NCBI GenBank assembly: GCA_030141605.1
Contig: JAQGDQ010000003.1
Coordinates: 124,001-188,000, forward strand
From: Tubiluchus corallicola
Lineage: Eukaryota; Animalia; Priapulida
Reading direction: 5' to 3'
Length of the DNA stretch: 64,000 nucleotides
The notes beneath the pieces were generated by a model. That model was not told where the DNA came from and did no database searches. It saw only the letters and a list, made by a program, of their open reading frames with translations. Every line of letters starts with the position of its first letter. The first letter of the stretch is position 1. The position numbers and the translations under genes were made by a program. Shown one piece after another: positions 27,343 to 39,100 of this stretch.

Positions 27343-29438
27343 TGTATGTATGTATGTATGTATGTATGTATGTATGTATGTATGTATGTATGTATGTATG
27401 TATGTATGTATGTATGTATGTATGTATGTATGTATGTATGTATGTATGTATGTATGTATGTATGTATACAATTTTTTTATAAACATTTATTTGAAATACA
27501 GTAAGTCCTCAATTAACGACTCCCCGTTTAGCAAAGTTTCGTCTTAACGACGCTGAACATTTGACACCTTTTTCTCACTTAACGACGCATGTTTCATTTT
27601 AACGATGATTGTTTTATTTTGCTCACAACCGTTTTATTTTATCAACAACGTTTTTTACCTAATCTGAAGCATTAAAACGGTACATATTGCGTTATTCTGT
27701 TCTAAAAATACATTAGTAACCTAAACAGTGCAATTATTATTCTGCATTTGCTTCCCGACTGACTATATGTGCGCTTGCAAAAGTCGGCATAGTTAAAACT
27801 ACATTGCTTCAAAGTAAAATGCACCAAAAATTTGGTCTAATGTCAATTATTTGTATTTGATAAAAACCATGTATGTATATATATATATATTGGACTTTTA
27901 TATTCTAGCATCAAATTTTTAAGAAAGTGTTGAAGAAACACTAAAAATTTAATTTGATAACTCTTTATCCATTTTTCTGCCTGGAAACTAATACTATAAT
28001 TGTAAAAACTTGTATTTTCAAACTCTGATAGTAGCTCCTAGAAGCAGTCATTTTGCTTCGGGTTTTTTCTGTTGCCAAACCCAGACCTTCACCTGGAAAA
28101 GCCATCTACTGGATTTAAACAGAACTTCAATGTACTCTTTCAAAATCCGTAGCAACCAACATTTGTGCAGTTGCTAAGTGTTTTGTAGAAACACGACAAA
28201 AACAAAGGCTAACTTTAACAGTGATTTTCTCAAGGTTATGTTTTTCAGTGCGTATCGTGGATTATCTAAGCTTAGAAATAACATAGAGGGATGAGCTTGG
28301 TATCAAAATGATCCTCATAAAATGGAGATTAAGGATATTTGAATAACTAGAAAACCTTAGTTGTCGACTATGGACGATTTTGCTGTGCAAGCACTATACT
28401 ATACTAAATTATAGTGGTTCTAGCCCCTTGTATCAAACAAGATATTTGCCAATTTATAAGCCTCCACACACCCGAATTTAAACTTTATGCCAAGGAATTT
28501 TGTCTGCAACAAAGTTGTTGCTATAACAACCAGATTAGTATTACATGAAATTGTTTCAAGGTTGCTTCATACATGCTTGGCTTTCACTACTCAGTGTTTA
28601 ACTGCTAACTGTCTATATATAGCTTCAACGTTAAGGAAGGACAACCTCTAGTAAGTCTAGCTATATGTTATAGAAAGATGGGTGATTTAAAGCAAACAGA
28701 AAAAAAATATTCAGTAGAAATATGAATAAAACGCATAAAATGTTTGATTTATATGATTTAAGCAGCATTGATTTTTGCTTTTAGAACATATCTCAATTCT
28801 TTTACATTACTGTCTGTGTGGAAGTCTTGGTTTCATTTAACGACGTTTTGCTTAACGTCGCTTTTTCTGGAACGTATTGGCATCATTAAGTGAGGACTTT
28901 CTGTAATCGCCTTTGGCAAACAGCAAATAAATGCTGATTAAGTTGTCTCGGCTGCAAAATTTATAGGAGTGCAGTTTAACAGGAAAAACGTGTCTATTAC
29001 AAAATATACGTAGCTATTCCATTTGTTAATTAAAATAATTAAAACGGTTAGATGAACGAGTATATTGCTGTCCCACGTCAAATACGATGACATTCTGTTC
29101 ATAACTTAGTAGAGAACTACCAGAACGAAAAACTGAAATTTTTAATTGTGTCGAGTCAAAGTTATTTATATTAAAAAGTACTACGTTTGTTTGATAGGTT
29201 TATTAGTCGTTCTCTCTCTACTGGCAACGGGCAATGTTTAAATGCTTAACCAAAACTAAGTCACCTGGATTTACTTTATGCAATACATTCTTTCATTGAC
29301 TTTTTTCAGATTGAACGTTTAGTTGGTTAATTTATGGTTAGTTGGATTCTATTTCTATTTCAGTCATATGTGATAGATGTTGTGGTGACTTTGGATGGTG
29401 ACTCACAGACAGTTAATGAGAAAATGATGGTGTTATAA
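118..29438 (+). CDS. Multi-RRM plus extended Tudor domain protein (TDRD10-like architecture); 5' end lies upstream of the window; about 713 aa visible
   Basis: GT-AG exons join in one open frame: 118-177, 346-470, 4312-4370, 5434-5564 (or 5579), 7089-7240, 8214-8272, 9909-10018, 10678-10793, 11890-11948, 12443-12561, 12750-12943, 13289-13359, 15071-15147, 19514-19669, 20578-20645, 23247-23378, 24756-24877, 25427-25581, 26945-27045, 29364-29438 (TAA). RRM-like segments: GLYTVCF..VFVRYKTLEEASKAF (twice), VVIVSNF..CYLQLLSREEAEKAVSEFNG, LLKVSNIP..CYICCQTQKLANLAMREMN. Tudor: LMVTNVADGVHFWGHI..CAAPYEGELYRG..MRVFYIDYGN..LRPQAVPFRLA. Confidence 0.85.
1750..3599 (-). pseudogene. Decayed intronless ORF of unknown family, antisense within an intron of the RRM-Tudor gene
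   Basis: ORF pieces 3234-3599, 2780-3052, 2386-2574 and 2026-2346 are collinear. About 2940-1850 reads in one frame with scattered stops, several of them TGA. Frameshifts occur upstream. The N-terminus MPVLPLFVVLLFYANC resembles a signal peptide. The 3' boundary is approximate. Confidence 0.5.
4581..5113 (+). mobile_element. Non-autonomous DNA transposon (TTAA-flanked, Kolobok/T2-like MITE), copy 1
   Basis: Shares aaatttgcaaaaaact..aaattttcag..ggtggttgccgcc..ttgaaaattat..catcattggtgaaa..cctaacttccc with 15241-15721 (direct) and 37735-38230 (inverted). TTAA occurs at both ends. Superfamily is inferred from the TTAA/AGG ends of the other copies. Confidence 0.6.
4979..5034. repeat. Near-perfect palindrome: 27-bp stem, 2-nt loop, one mismatch
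   Basis: aagcgccttacgtaattagttaaatca-ag-tgatttaactaattacgtgaggcgctt. Confidence 0.95.
5890..6528. mobile_element. hAT-like MITE
   Basis: Degenerate terminal inverted repeats gaggcctgtaatgat / atcattacagcccta, subterminal tatcgtgat-like motifs, and 8-bp flanks atatctat / atgtctag resembling a decayed target-site duplication. Confidence 0.55.
8685..9511. mobile_element. Foldback element with ~290-bp inverted arms, each containing a tRNA-SINE-like segment
   Basis: Arm ~8685-8979 is the diverged reverse complement of ~9223-9511 (e.g. cacacaataattattcagcta / tagctaaataattattgtgtg; gtgtcataccaaaga / tttttggtatgacac). A B-box-like gagttcgatacc is present on the - strand of the right arm. Confidence 0.7.
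10945..11656. mobile_element. hAT-like MITE
   Basis: Ends TAGGGAT..ATCCCTA, subterminal attcgaa/gattcaga repeats, and 8-bp flanks gtattaat / atactaat. Confidence 0.65.
13405..14660 (-). mobile_element. Fragmented Tc1/mariner-pogo type MITE (CAGTAAGTCC ends), inverted relative to 27499-28903
   Basis: 13405-13978 has cagtaagtcc..gaggacttagacttactg ends and matches both terminal parts of 27499-28903. 14170-14660 matches the middle (~27780-28320) of that element in reverse complement. Confidence 0.7.
15241..15721 (+). mobile_element. TTAA-type MITE, copy 2
   Basis: Starts ttaaaggg and aligns along its length with 4581-5113. Confidence 0.6.
16789..18327 (+). CDS. CYP27: Mitochondrial-clan cytochrome P450, CYP27-like, single coding exon, 512 aa
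   Basis: Uninterrupted ORF from the first ATG at 16789 (the ORF track starts at an upstream TTG). N-terminus lacks a transmembrane anchor, then FADMPG. Motifs: WxxxR (DWHRMR), I-helix AGVDTTSNT, K-helix LKAVFRETLRLYP, FDPSRW, heme motif PFGFGVRSCIGRRLAELEM. AATAAA at 18718-18723. Subfamily (27A/B/C or lineage-specific) is unresolved. Confidence 0.92.
   Translation: MTLMHRQVSSVLPKWTNSLMFCGKATYGVAATSSKLNVHEHKHVKDFADMPGYKGLAGYLDFCKKIANAKTFYEQFMLDFEKFKTHTLRTKFVLRDMVITFSVEEAAKIYRSSGKYPSRIPFDHILAYLEESNESKGILTYEGTDWHRMRNAVNKRMMRPQLVIENEERINDVITDMIGRIRYMRDKHGGYIPGMTNEAYKWSMESIASILFEERLGCLKEPVPAESQNFIDAVGAVFENGPYVIGLAKLQQKLRTPPWKKFSAGFDYLYDFTRKTINKKLQKLDSSPENEKDSSLMSFILSSEQLSRKEAFSLISELFFAGVDTTSNTLCFALHLLAQNPNVQAQLLHEVLSIGRNKIPSAHNVHNMSFLKAVFRETLRLYPIASIMARVTEKDLVLDGYHIPKNTLCGLDLYTMGRSKELFRDPEKFDPSRWQRSINADHAPSPFASTPFGFGVRSCIGRRLAELEMYLMMARIMQQFELKPHGSGQLNVIQRGLLTPGPEIPIQFIDRK
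23539..23700. repeat. Possible non-autonomous Helitron/DINE-like fragment
   Basis: A gtctgtttgtttgtct..gcctgcctgtctgt microsatellite-bearing segment typical of such elements. Family and boundaries are inferred. Confidence 0.3.
27313..27464. repeat. (TATG)38 microsatellite
   Basis: Perfect tetranucleotide run directly visible; source of the spurious YVCM/YIHT ORFs. Confidence 0.98.
27499..28903 (+). mobile_element. Tc1/mariner-pogo type non-autonomous element, ~1.4 kb
   Basis: TA|cagtaagtcctcaattaacga ... tcattaagtgaggactttctg|TA termini with TA flanks, subterminal ttaacga repeats, no transposase ORF. Confidence 0.8.
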
Positions 29439-30547
29439 CACACATCATCGGCTAAGACAGCTGAAAATACTGCAAATGTGCTACAGGTCCTGCATGATAT
29501 TAATTAAATTATTTTTAATACGTAACAGTGCATGCAGAAAGAGCTTTACCTGTTACAGTTGACGAAGACTTATCAGGCATACATATTATGTTATCGTCAT
29601 TTGTTTCGTGCCTTACCTTCTGTCAGTAGCCAACTGCCTGTTGTACTGTCACAAGCAGTTCTCCAAAACCTGACAGAATACACAGGTTGCAGATGGACAG
29701 TAGTGACTTTGCTGCAACAATGTTGCAATTGTTCATAATTATTCTAGTAAAAATGTAAAGCTATCATGTATATTGAACCCAATGAATTATAATACACTTG
29801 TAACAAATGGGCAAACTGTGGTGTCGTAAAGATTGATAGTCAATACATGTCCAAGATAATATTTTGTTAGCATTAAAATAATTTGCTTGTACCACAAAAT
29901 TAAAATGTTTGTATAACTGAGCACTTGCATTCTGTAAAACTGAAAAATTCTGGCTTTAACCATCTGTTTTTGAAGTTTCGTTCAAATTCAGTGAAGCACT
30001 TTTTTGCAGAGTTGCATCCAGTTTATTGTTTTATAATTAAAATTGAGGTGTTCAGATAATTGAAGGCAATAAAATGATCTTTGCTGCCTTCAATGCAAGG
30101 CCATTAAATGTCATTGTTTTAATGAATATCACAAATGGCATCTTTAGCACATTTATTTAATTAACATAGAGCATTAATTTCATAGTTCAAATTAACTGTG
30201 AGTATATGCTTTAGTTTTTTGACGACTAGGAAACATACTGCATAGTTGCAATAGCTGTTTTAATTTAAAGCAAGTTCTTGCATGTCTTAATATACGTACT
30301 TATGTATTTAACTGCTTTTAATATAGTGGCTTGGTCACACTCAGTATTTTCTGTAATATTAACACGTTCTGATTTTAAAGTGAAGTAGTATTAAATTATA
30401 GTACATATAACTGATTATAGTTGATACTTATGTAAAACTATGTTAGTAGTATTATAAAACTTTAATAGGATTTTATAAGAACAATAATTATACTGTGTTG
30501 TCATTATGTTTTGAATTCTTGCTTAACAAATTTACCATATGATGATA

Positions 30548-31699
30548 CAAACCCATAATTGATTAAATTTTTACACACAACTCGAAAGACAGGAAAGTTG
30601 GAACACAGCCTTATTTTAAACTGGGGAAATTTGATTCACAAGGCCGATGCCACTGGGGCACCATATTCTAAGGTGATTATGACAGTCCTAAGTTCATCCC
30701 AATAACTGGACAACCCTTTCAGCATTTCCAATATTAGATCGCTCACACTAGAATGATTCTGACTACTTAGATGATTATTTTATCACTTTTCAAGCTCAAA
30801 ATTGATGAAAAAATCATTTAATTACCGTATTTTCCCATGTATAAGAGACCCTTTTTTGCTCAGAATTTTCACTTTAAAAATAGGGGGTCTCTTATACATG
30901 GGAGTAAGTCTTTTCAATAAGATGCATAAATTGTGACACTAATGATTTTAAAGAAATAAGTGCTCTACAACTGTTTTATTTCGAATAATTATAGTTTCCT
31001 TTCAATAAATCTTCTCCATGGCTAAATTCTAATGATAAAATTAATGTACCGGGTAAGTTATTATTTTTTTAAATGTCTCTTTGGTATTGGAGAGAAATCG
31101 ATTGTTCTGCAGCCAATCAACGTATCTGCATAAGCTCTCTGCATGCCCGTCGACGTCATTGATACGTCGGCAGAGGTCAACGAGATGAGTCAGCCTAAGC
31201 AAGGCGTGTCGCGTTCGACTATGAAGCGGTTGTAAGCAATACAAGCATCGTGACACAGGCATTATCTCCTCGTTTTCTCTTATCTCCATGGACGGCACAG
31301 AGGACAATGCCATTTTTGAGCAGAGTGACTCCTCTGATGATGAACTGGCTGGAATTGCTGAAGGTCTGACTCCAGTTGATATTTTTGATGAGAGTGATGA
31401 GGAATTTAATGATTTCTATGATGAATAAAGTTATTCATTACTAAAAAACTTTTTTCCAGAATTTTTGCCTAAAAATTGAAGGGGTCTCTTATACATGGGA
31501 AAATACGGTAGTTAGGATTGCTCTAGTATGAGAGATCTAACATCGAAATGGTGAATTTGGTTGGCCAGCTATAAGGGATGAACTTTGTACCTTCTTGATC
31601 ACTGAGTGATATTGTGGTCTAGTTTCTGATTTGTGTTCCTACTTTTCACACTTCCTGTCTTTCAAGTTTGACATCAAAACTTAATTAATTGTGGGTGTG
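30548..31699. mobile_element. Older long-inverted-repeat MITE, interrupted by a younger element
   Basis: TA|caaacccataattgattaa ... ttaattaattgtgggtgtg|TA; arms ~30548-30767 and ~31511-31699 are diverged reverse complements. Confidence 0.65.
30825..31508 (+). mobile_element. Young pogo-derived MITE (684 bp) retaining a transposase C-terminal remnant
   Basis: Perfect terminal inverted repeat ccgtattttcccatgtataagagaccc with TA flanks and an internal inverted copy near 30883-30903. 31288-31428 encodes MDGTEDNAIFEQSDSSDDE..DESDEEFNDFYDE*, resembling the DGxEDD and acidic tail of pogo/POGK-type transposases. Confidence 0.85.
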
Positions 31700-33145
31700 T
31701 ATTACAGTTAACGAAAATCTTGGCATTAAGATCATGAATAATTGAAGTTTACCTTACGACATGCTCTAGCTACTGTTTTTTAATTAAAGTATCTAATGTT
31801 AACTTAACTTGTTTTAAAGATGCGTGTTTTCATTAATATGTCATCACAGTGAAAACTTTAAAGCTCAAGGAACCTATGAATTAATTGACCTAGAAGTCCA
31901 AGATCAATAACAATTAAATTAGTCAGTAAGAGCAAGATTTGTGTACAAATGTATTGTTTGGAGTTATCCAATTTTTTGGCCATAATTGAATATTGTAACC
32001 TTATACCAATAACACATTAATTTTCATTGAATTTTGAAAGCATTACAATGATAGTATGTGACAATAACAATACACCAAATATAACAAAAATGAATATTAT
32101 TTTAATTTTCAAATTACAAAAATTTCTGTTAACACATTAAACAATAACATTTTAACAATAACTGTAAATTTATACACAACATTTAAACATCTATTTGAAA
32201 GTCTTAACAAGACTAAAATTTAATTGTGCATTGTTGGTAACAGAATGTTTGCTGGGAGAAAAAATTCAATTTTAACTTTTCAGCATTAAAGAGAGTTGGT
32301 ATACAGTGGAATTGGGCCATGCCACAAAAATGAGACAGTGTAAAAGTAGTGAAATACAACATACATGTAATGTGATTTCTATACTGTTACAAACGTCATG
32401 TTTTTAATTTTATCAATGCAAAAATACAATACAGCGCATTGCAGATCACGCCAGGTGTTTAAAAAAACAATAAACCAAACCTTTTACTTTTTGCTTGTAT
32501 ATTAAAGTATCGAAGGGAAGATCTGTGTCACATGACAAAAAACCAAAGATGTGAATGTTTTGCTATGTTACAACTTGCCGGAATGTTACTGTAATTTAAT
32601 TATGTACTTATTTATTTGATATGACACGAGAAAAGCAAGAACAGGGAAATTTAAATAGGATAAAATCTCTAATTATTAATGATCTTAAAATTAGAATGGA
32701 ATTTGAACAGGAGAAAATTTTCATAAAGAATAACCATTATGAAGCAGGCGCTTCAGCCCATCTCAAACTAGATGTCACCGAAAGGCAAAATGAGGACCAC
32801 TAAAACTTCTGATTCAGTAGGTCATCAGAAAATATGCTCATCTGAAGAGGCAGAAAATACTTGCTTCGCATGCAAATTAGCAAACTAATTTTCCCTCACA
32901 TTCATTCCTTGCCTTGAATGTATTTGTGTGGAATCCCTCAATTCTTAATAGAATTAAAAAACGAATGTTATCAGTTATAAAGTTACAACAATAAATCAGC
33001 ATAACGTATTTACAATAAAATACTAATATCACATGCATCACGAATCACTGACATTCTTTTTTGATCACCAATTCACTTTCTGAGAGTCACAAAAACCTCC
33101 AAATGTTTGTGTTTATGTTAATACTGTATTTGCATGGTCAGAAGT

Positions 33146-36100
33146 TTACTTTTTCTTTATTTCCTTGTAGTCCTTATTTCGCCGTGGATGAAATTTGATG
33201 AGTGTCGTGTATTTTTGGAGCAACTGTTTCCAATAACAGGAAACATCTTCCATTCTCAAATGATCCCAAATGAACCGAAATCCCCTAAAATAAAGATTAT
33301 TTTATTTTCTTTACCATTTCTTATAAATTAAAAACAAAATTACTTGATTTTTTCTTATTAATATTTCAAGAAACATCTATCATAATAGGCTAGATGCTCA
33401 TAAATTTTATTTACATGGGCACCTCGTGTTCATTTTCAACAACATCTTGCTAAAAAATTGCCCATCTTTTTTTCAAAACCAAGTTATTGCAAATAGTTTT
33501 AATATCTGAAATTGTAAATATTCACGAAAAAAGTTGTTAATCTATCCTTCATAAACAGCAGATATTACTAATATAACAAAACAAAGGGGAAAATGCTCTC
33601 AAATAATATGGTGAAACTGCAGCTGTAAAAAAAGTGCAGATCCCTAATCTTTAAGAATGAGACAGAGAAGGTCTCACAGTGAGATTCTCAATGCACTGTC
33701 ATCTTGTGCAATTAAATTGCAATTAAGTTAGCTATTAAAACAACAAACCTGTCAGCAATTTGCTTGGCAACTACATCATTTTCTTTCACAAATTCTAATT
33801 TGTCCCTGTAAAATGTTATAACTGTAGTAGCACAAAAAGAGGGAAAAATCATTGCTAAGAACCACAAGTGAAATTCTTCCAAGCAAGCTGCTTATGGTAG
33901 AGGTTTTAACAATAACCGTACATATTGATACAAAAAAAATGTATCGAAGTTATTCTGGGAATATCATTGTCATATAAATTTGGTGCATGCCACCTTTATA
34001 AAATCATTTCATAAAGGTCTTTCATTTATCCATTGGAATTATAAAAAAAAACTAAAAAAGTTATTTACAAGTTATCCAAGCTAATAGAAGTTTTATCTAA
34101 ACTCAGATATTCTTTGAACTTATGCCCTAATTTATTTTTACCTTCAATATAGCATCTTGGCATGGGGATCCACCTCTCAGACAACATTACAACCCCTTGT
34201 TACTCAACAGAATAAAATAGTTAAAATACTAACGTTTGCCATATTCAGAGGTCATGCCACTCAGTCTTAATGTTAAACTCAGCCTGCTCAAACTAACTGA
34301 TATACATAAATTAAAATTGGCCAAACTTGACAAATTGTACAAATTTGAAAGTCCTAGCTTACATGCAAATTATTACACCCATTTCTGACATCCGTTTTTA
34401 TTATACAAGACCTATCACAAATAATACTTTTTATAACAGACGTTTTAACACTACAACTACACTGGGACAAAAATCATTAAAATACCAGGGAGCAAAACTC
34501 TGGAATTCTTCAGCCCCTCAAATTATAACCCTTGGCACTCTTAACATATTAAGTAAAAGATATAAAAAGGATTGTTCTTGACCTATATTACTTGATGTAA
34601 GCATAAAAATTTTCAAAAATTTGTATTCTATTCAGCACTTTTAGTTATGAGTATTTTATGTTCTTTTCATTTTGTTTTGCTTAAATATTAAAGCATGTGT
34701 TTTTGAGTTATGTTATGATTTTTTTGGTTTCAATGGTTATTGCGAGTTGTTTCATTTATGATTTTGTTTTGTCTCATAGCTTACTGCACAATTTTGAAGC
34801 TTCACGCATGTATTGACTTCCGTAATTAGCACATTTAAATGTGCATGTCGCTTTAGTTGTTTAAAATTATATAATGTCAATTAATTCTGGTTTTGCATTA
34901 ATTTTGTTAATTTTTAACTGTGCTGTTGCTTATTATTCAGTTTTCCCATTGTGAACCTGTCATTTCTTTACTGTGCTCTAGTGTTCTTAACCAGGCATGT
35001 ATGAAAGCTACAGAATCTCTAAAATAAGGGTGGCTGATGTAATTGACCATATGGTCATTGAGGTGCATTTCTCCACACCACATTGTAATTGTATTTCCTT
35101 CTACACTACAAATATTCTTCATCTTAATAAATTTTAAAAATATCTGAATGTTTCTGTTCACTGTTAAACTTGCAGAAGATAAATAACTATATCTTATCTT
35201 ATCTTATCTTATCTTATCTTATCTTATCTTATCTTATCTTATCTTATCTTATCTTATCTTATCTTATCTTATCTTATCTTATTTTAAGGTTGTCTGAATA
35301 CTTTTCTGCAATAGTTGTCTTTAGTCAGTTCCATTGTCTTTCCGTAACATATATAAGAATATTTTATAAATGATTCTAACAGATAAACATGTCAACAATT
35401 ATGCACACTTATCAGAAATGAAATCATACCAAGCATCGCTGAAATCAGTCTTTAACGGAACATAGTGGACCCACGGCTTCATTGCAAAATAGAAAAATTC
35501 ATTCCATTCTTCCCCTACGTGAAATACAAGTGATTTGCACAGGAATAGATGCTTGAAACGAAAGCTTGCTGCCACGCCTCGGAAATTATATAAATATCTG
35601 ATAAAAACAAAAGTTATCATCAAAACTAACTAATAACAGCTATTCACTTTAATTATGATTAAAGTAAATTGAAACCAAGAAACACATTTGACACATTTCT
35701 TCTCTACCTGAAAACCTTGTCTTCAAAAATGAAAGATGACTGAGGTCACATAATCCCGACTTAAGTGATTCAATGACTACAGATACGTAGCTGCGGACTT
35801 AAAGTAAAAGTGTCACTAAATTTCAGTGAAAAATAAACTGTGGTGAAATTATGGCAAAACTAAACGAAAAAACTGTTTATTTCATTTTAAATTCTTTCTA
35901 CACTCATACAGTTAAAACAAATTGTTAAACTAAATACACTATGAGTTTTTATTACAGTACATTTCACATGTATATATCACTTTAATAGCTCAGAGATTCA
36001 CAGCATACAAGATCATTTCCATTGTGCTCCAGAGATTGCTTATTTCATCCTGTGACTAGCATGCTATAACTATGCTTGGCCAACTTTGAAAAAGCATCGG

Positions 36101-39100
36101 ATAAAAGATGTTCATAAAATAGAGTGCTTGAGTCATGATACAAACTTTTAATTTTAACTTTTTTTAAATAAAAATCTGTACCATTACAGTTTTGGCATGA
36201 CCTTATTCAGACCAGAAAAATGAACATGGTTAAAATCCAAACAATATTTACCAATAACAAACTTTAAAGAAATGATTTTAGCTTGTTAAGGCAGATATTA
36301 TTAAAATGTTAGTATTGCAGTATAAAGACATTTACAAAGGTGATTAAAATATTAACATCGCAGTACAAGGACAATTTTAAAAGTGATAAAAATGTTAACA
36401 TCACAATTTAAGGACAGTTGCAAAGATGTCTCCACGGCCAGCTATTCAATTAAACTAAATTATAGGGAGATAGGCTGACAGAATTAGATGATAAAATCAT
36501 TCTTTATTATTTTTTTCAAATTATTCATAACATGAGCCAGTCAATAAACTATATGCCTGATTTAGTAGCTTCTGTTCAATATGCCAACTCTTTTGTCCAT
36601 AGACGTTATTTATCTAATCTCAAAAAAACTTTGTGAAAATCTCTCAGAAAATCAGAAAAAATTCTCAAAAAATCTAGTAACCATTTTACGCTGGTTCTTC
36701 ATTTAAATATAAACAACATACTTGTACTGGCAGTGCTCCTCTAATTTTATTTCTTCTGCTGCCTCTCTTCCTAAAGTATCCTTCATTGACTTCCACGCTT
36801 GGTTCTTTGTGTACTGAGCATCCACTTCATCTGGATGCTCTCTGGAATACAGAACTAGTGGATCACGTTCAGCTGATGTCCGAGAGCCGCGAAAAAAAGC
36901 AATAGGAGATTTCTTTTCCCAAGGCCACTTTGCTGCTTCCCTAGTGAAAAAATGAGTTTTACATCAAGCTTTTATAAAATATATGACTTTACCTGTGACG
37001 ACATTAATGAAGATGTTACCTGATCAGGCAAGTACTATCTTCCACATAATGAAAACATTACCAGGGCAAAGCCATTGAAAGCATCGTAACTTACACTAAC
37101 ATTACACTCACTAACAAAATAAGGAATAACAGTAAACCTAGTGCTAAAAAGCAAAGCAACATACTAAATTACATGAATTTTTAAGCTGCACAGTAACCTT
37201 AATATATACACAAGCTAATACAGTAAGATTCATTGCTGAGTGGACAGGACAAGCTTTCATGTTGAAAAAAGACGTATATGCATTTCAACAATCGTGAACC
37301 ACGTTTCACTGCCACAAGCCTCTCAATGAGTAGGTCATGTCTTTGAATGCTAAATTTCTGCTTGCAGCATGCACAAATGTATAAATAAGAAAGGCATCAA
37401 GAATTACTACAAATACACTTCTTACTTGGTAACAATTTCACGTTGCAAATCCCATCTGCCAAGACCAGTTGGATAAACACTGACAGCTGGTCCTCCTTCC
37501 CAAAATGTCCATGCAGGATACATGATATCAGCATTGGAACTAGTCTTTTAAAAACAAGTGAAATATGGCAAAGTCATAAACTGAAGCATATTGTCAATTG
37601 TCTAAACAGAGATACAAACAAATTCAAGATGAACAAATGCATCAACTTGAAAAATAGTACGATTTGCTTATTTGAAAGTGCAGTTTTTTATCTATTACCT
37701 ATCATCAAAATAAATCCTTCTGCATCTACTTACATTAAAGGAGAGGCCAAGCCTTCTAGGAGGTTAAACTTATTTCAAATGTTGCTGTAGTGAACATCGA
37801 AACGTTAGAATGACTTAGCAATAAAACTGCAATAAGCGTCTTGTGTAACTAGTAAAATCACTTTAAAATCAAGATCACTTCATGCTTGGGTGCTCCCATT
37901 TTCAGTGCCTATTCTTCTTCTTATGATGTCATTCGTCTTGAAGAAAAGTAGTACACTGTCATCACCAAAGTATATAAAGTTTTTACAAAAAATTGGATAG
38001 CTAATTTTGTAATATTTTTGCATGAACATTAGGTAAATTGCAAAAGCCTGAATTAGTTCAAGCAGCGTGCGCTTACAGAAAACCACGACTCGCTAACGAA
38101 AAGTCACAAAGTCTCCAACTTAGTCATGATTTTTAAGTAAATGGCGGCAACCACCACCCCTGAAAATTTTTATTCAGAGGTAGTATATTTCAAAGTTACT
38201 TTCTATAGGCAATTCTTTGCAAACACCAAATATAGTAAGTGACTCGTTCAACTTTCAACAAAAATACTATATGCAAAAAATGCTGTATAGAAACCTAATT
38301 GTAATACACAGTGGAGCAATAACAATTCACAATCTAGACAAGTTAGACAAAAAGCAAACGAATTTCACTAATGAATTAGCTATCTAACAGTATCTGATAA
38401 TGTCGAAACTAACATTGCACTGTTACATATACGAAATACCGTATGTACATTAAATTAATTTTTAGCCACTTGACTAATCTGTACAACCGAAATAAACAAA
38501 TGACGAAACAAACCAAAGGTGTTTTAATGCTAAAAAAATTTGGTGCAGACCTTACTAAAGGAAAACACTGCTGCCGGATTCAAGCGTCTTATAACCTGAG
38601 GATAATCATGAGTATTGAGCACAAATTCAGTGTCTGGAAGCTCATCAATCACCTCTAATATAAAGTGCTCCACCCCGCTACATCTGAAAATTAGTTTGGG
38701 AAAAAATAATTTTCTTAAAACATGATTGCACAAAATCAAATACATTGCAAAAGATATTACCAAGATTTGAAACTGTTTTCAATTATCATAACTTTTCAGT
38801 TTTCCAATTCTCATCTCCAAATTGCTAATGCAGAAATTAAATGAAGAATGTCAAACTGTTCGTTAGCTTACAAAAAACTTAGCAAGTTTGCAAAATACAG
38901 TCAACTCGGCTTAATTCGTATTTCTACGGACTTAAGAAATCATTATGAATTATGCGAAGAAATTAACTGTATGTATGCAACAGGTGCACATAATAAACAA
39001 TTAAGCAAGTCACTTGCTAGCTCTAGTAACCACATACTTTAGAAAGAATGCAGTGTATTAAGTGCAGACAGTATGCATGTCTTATGATTCATACATCTGC

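Noticed and set aside
27223-27547. ORFs of YVCM/YIHT repeats (likewise ILSY at 35170 and ER at 49588)
   Set aside because: Translations of microsatellites.
33040-33085. Downstream KSEL-like sequence as a hidden last exon of POGLUT1
   Set aside because: The available donor is phase 2 and gives KK*. The SEL frame needs phase 1 and continues past the motif without a stop.
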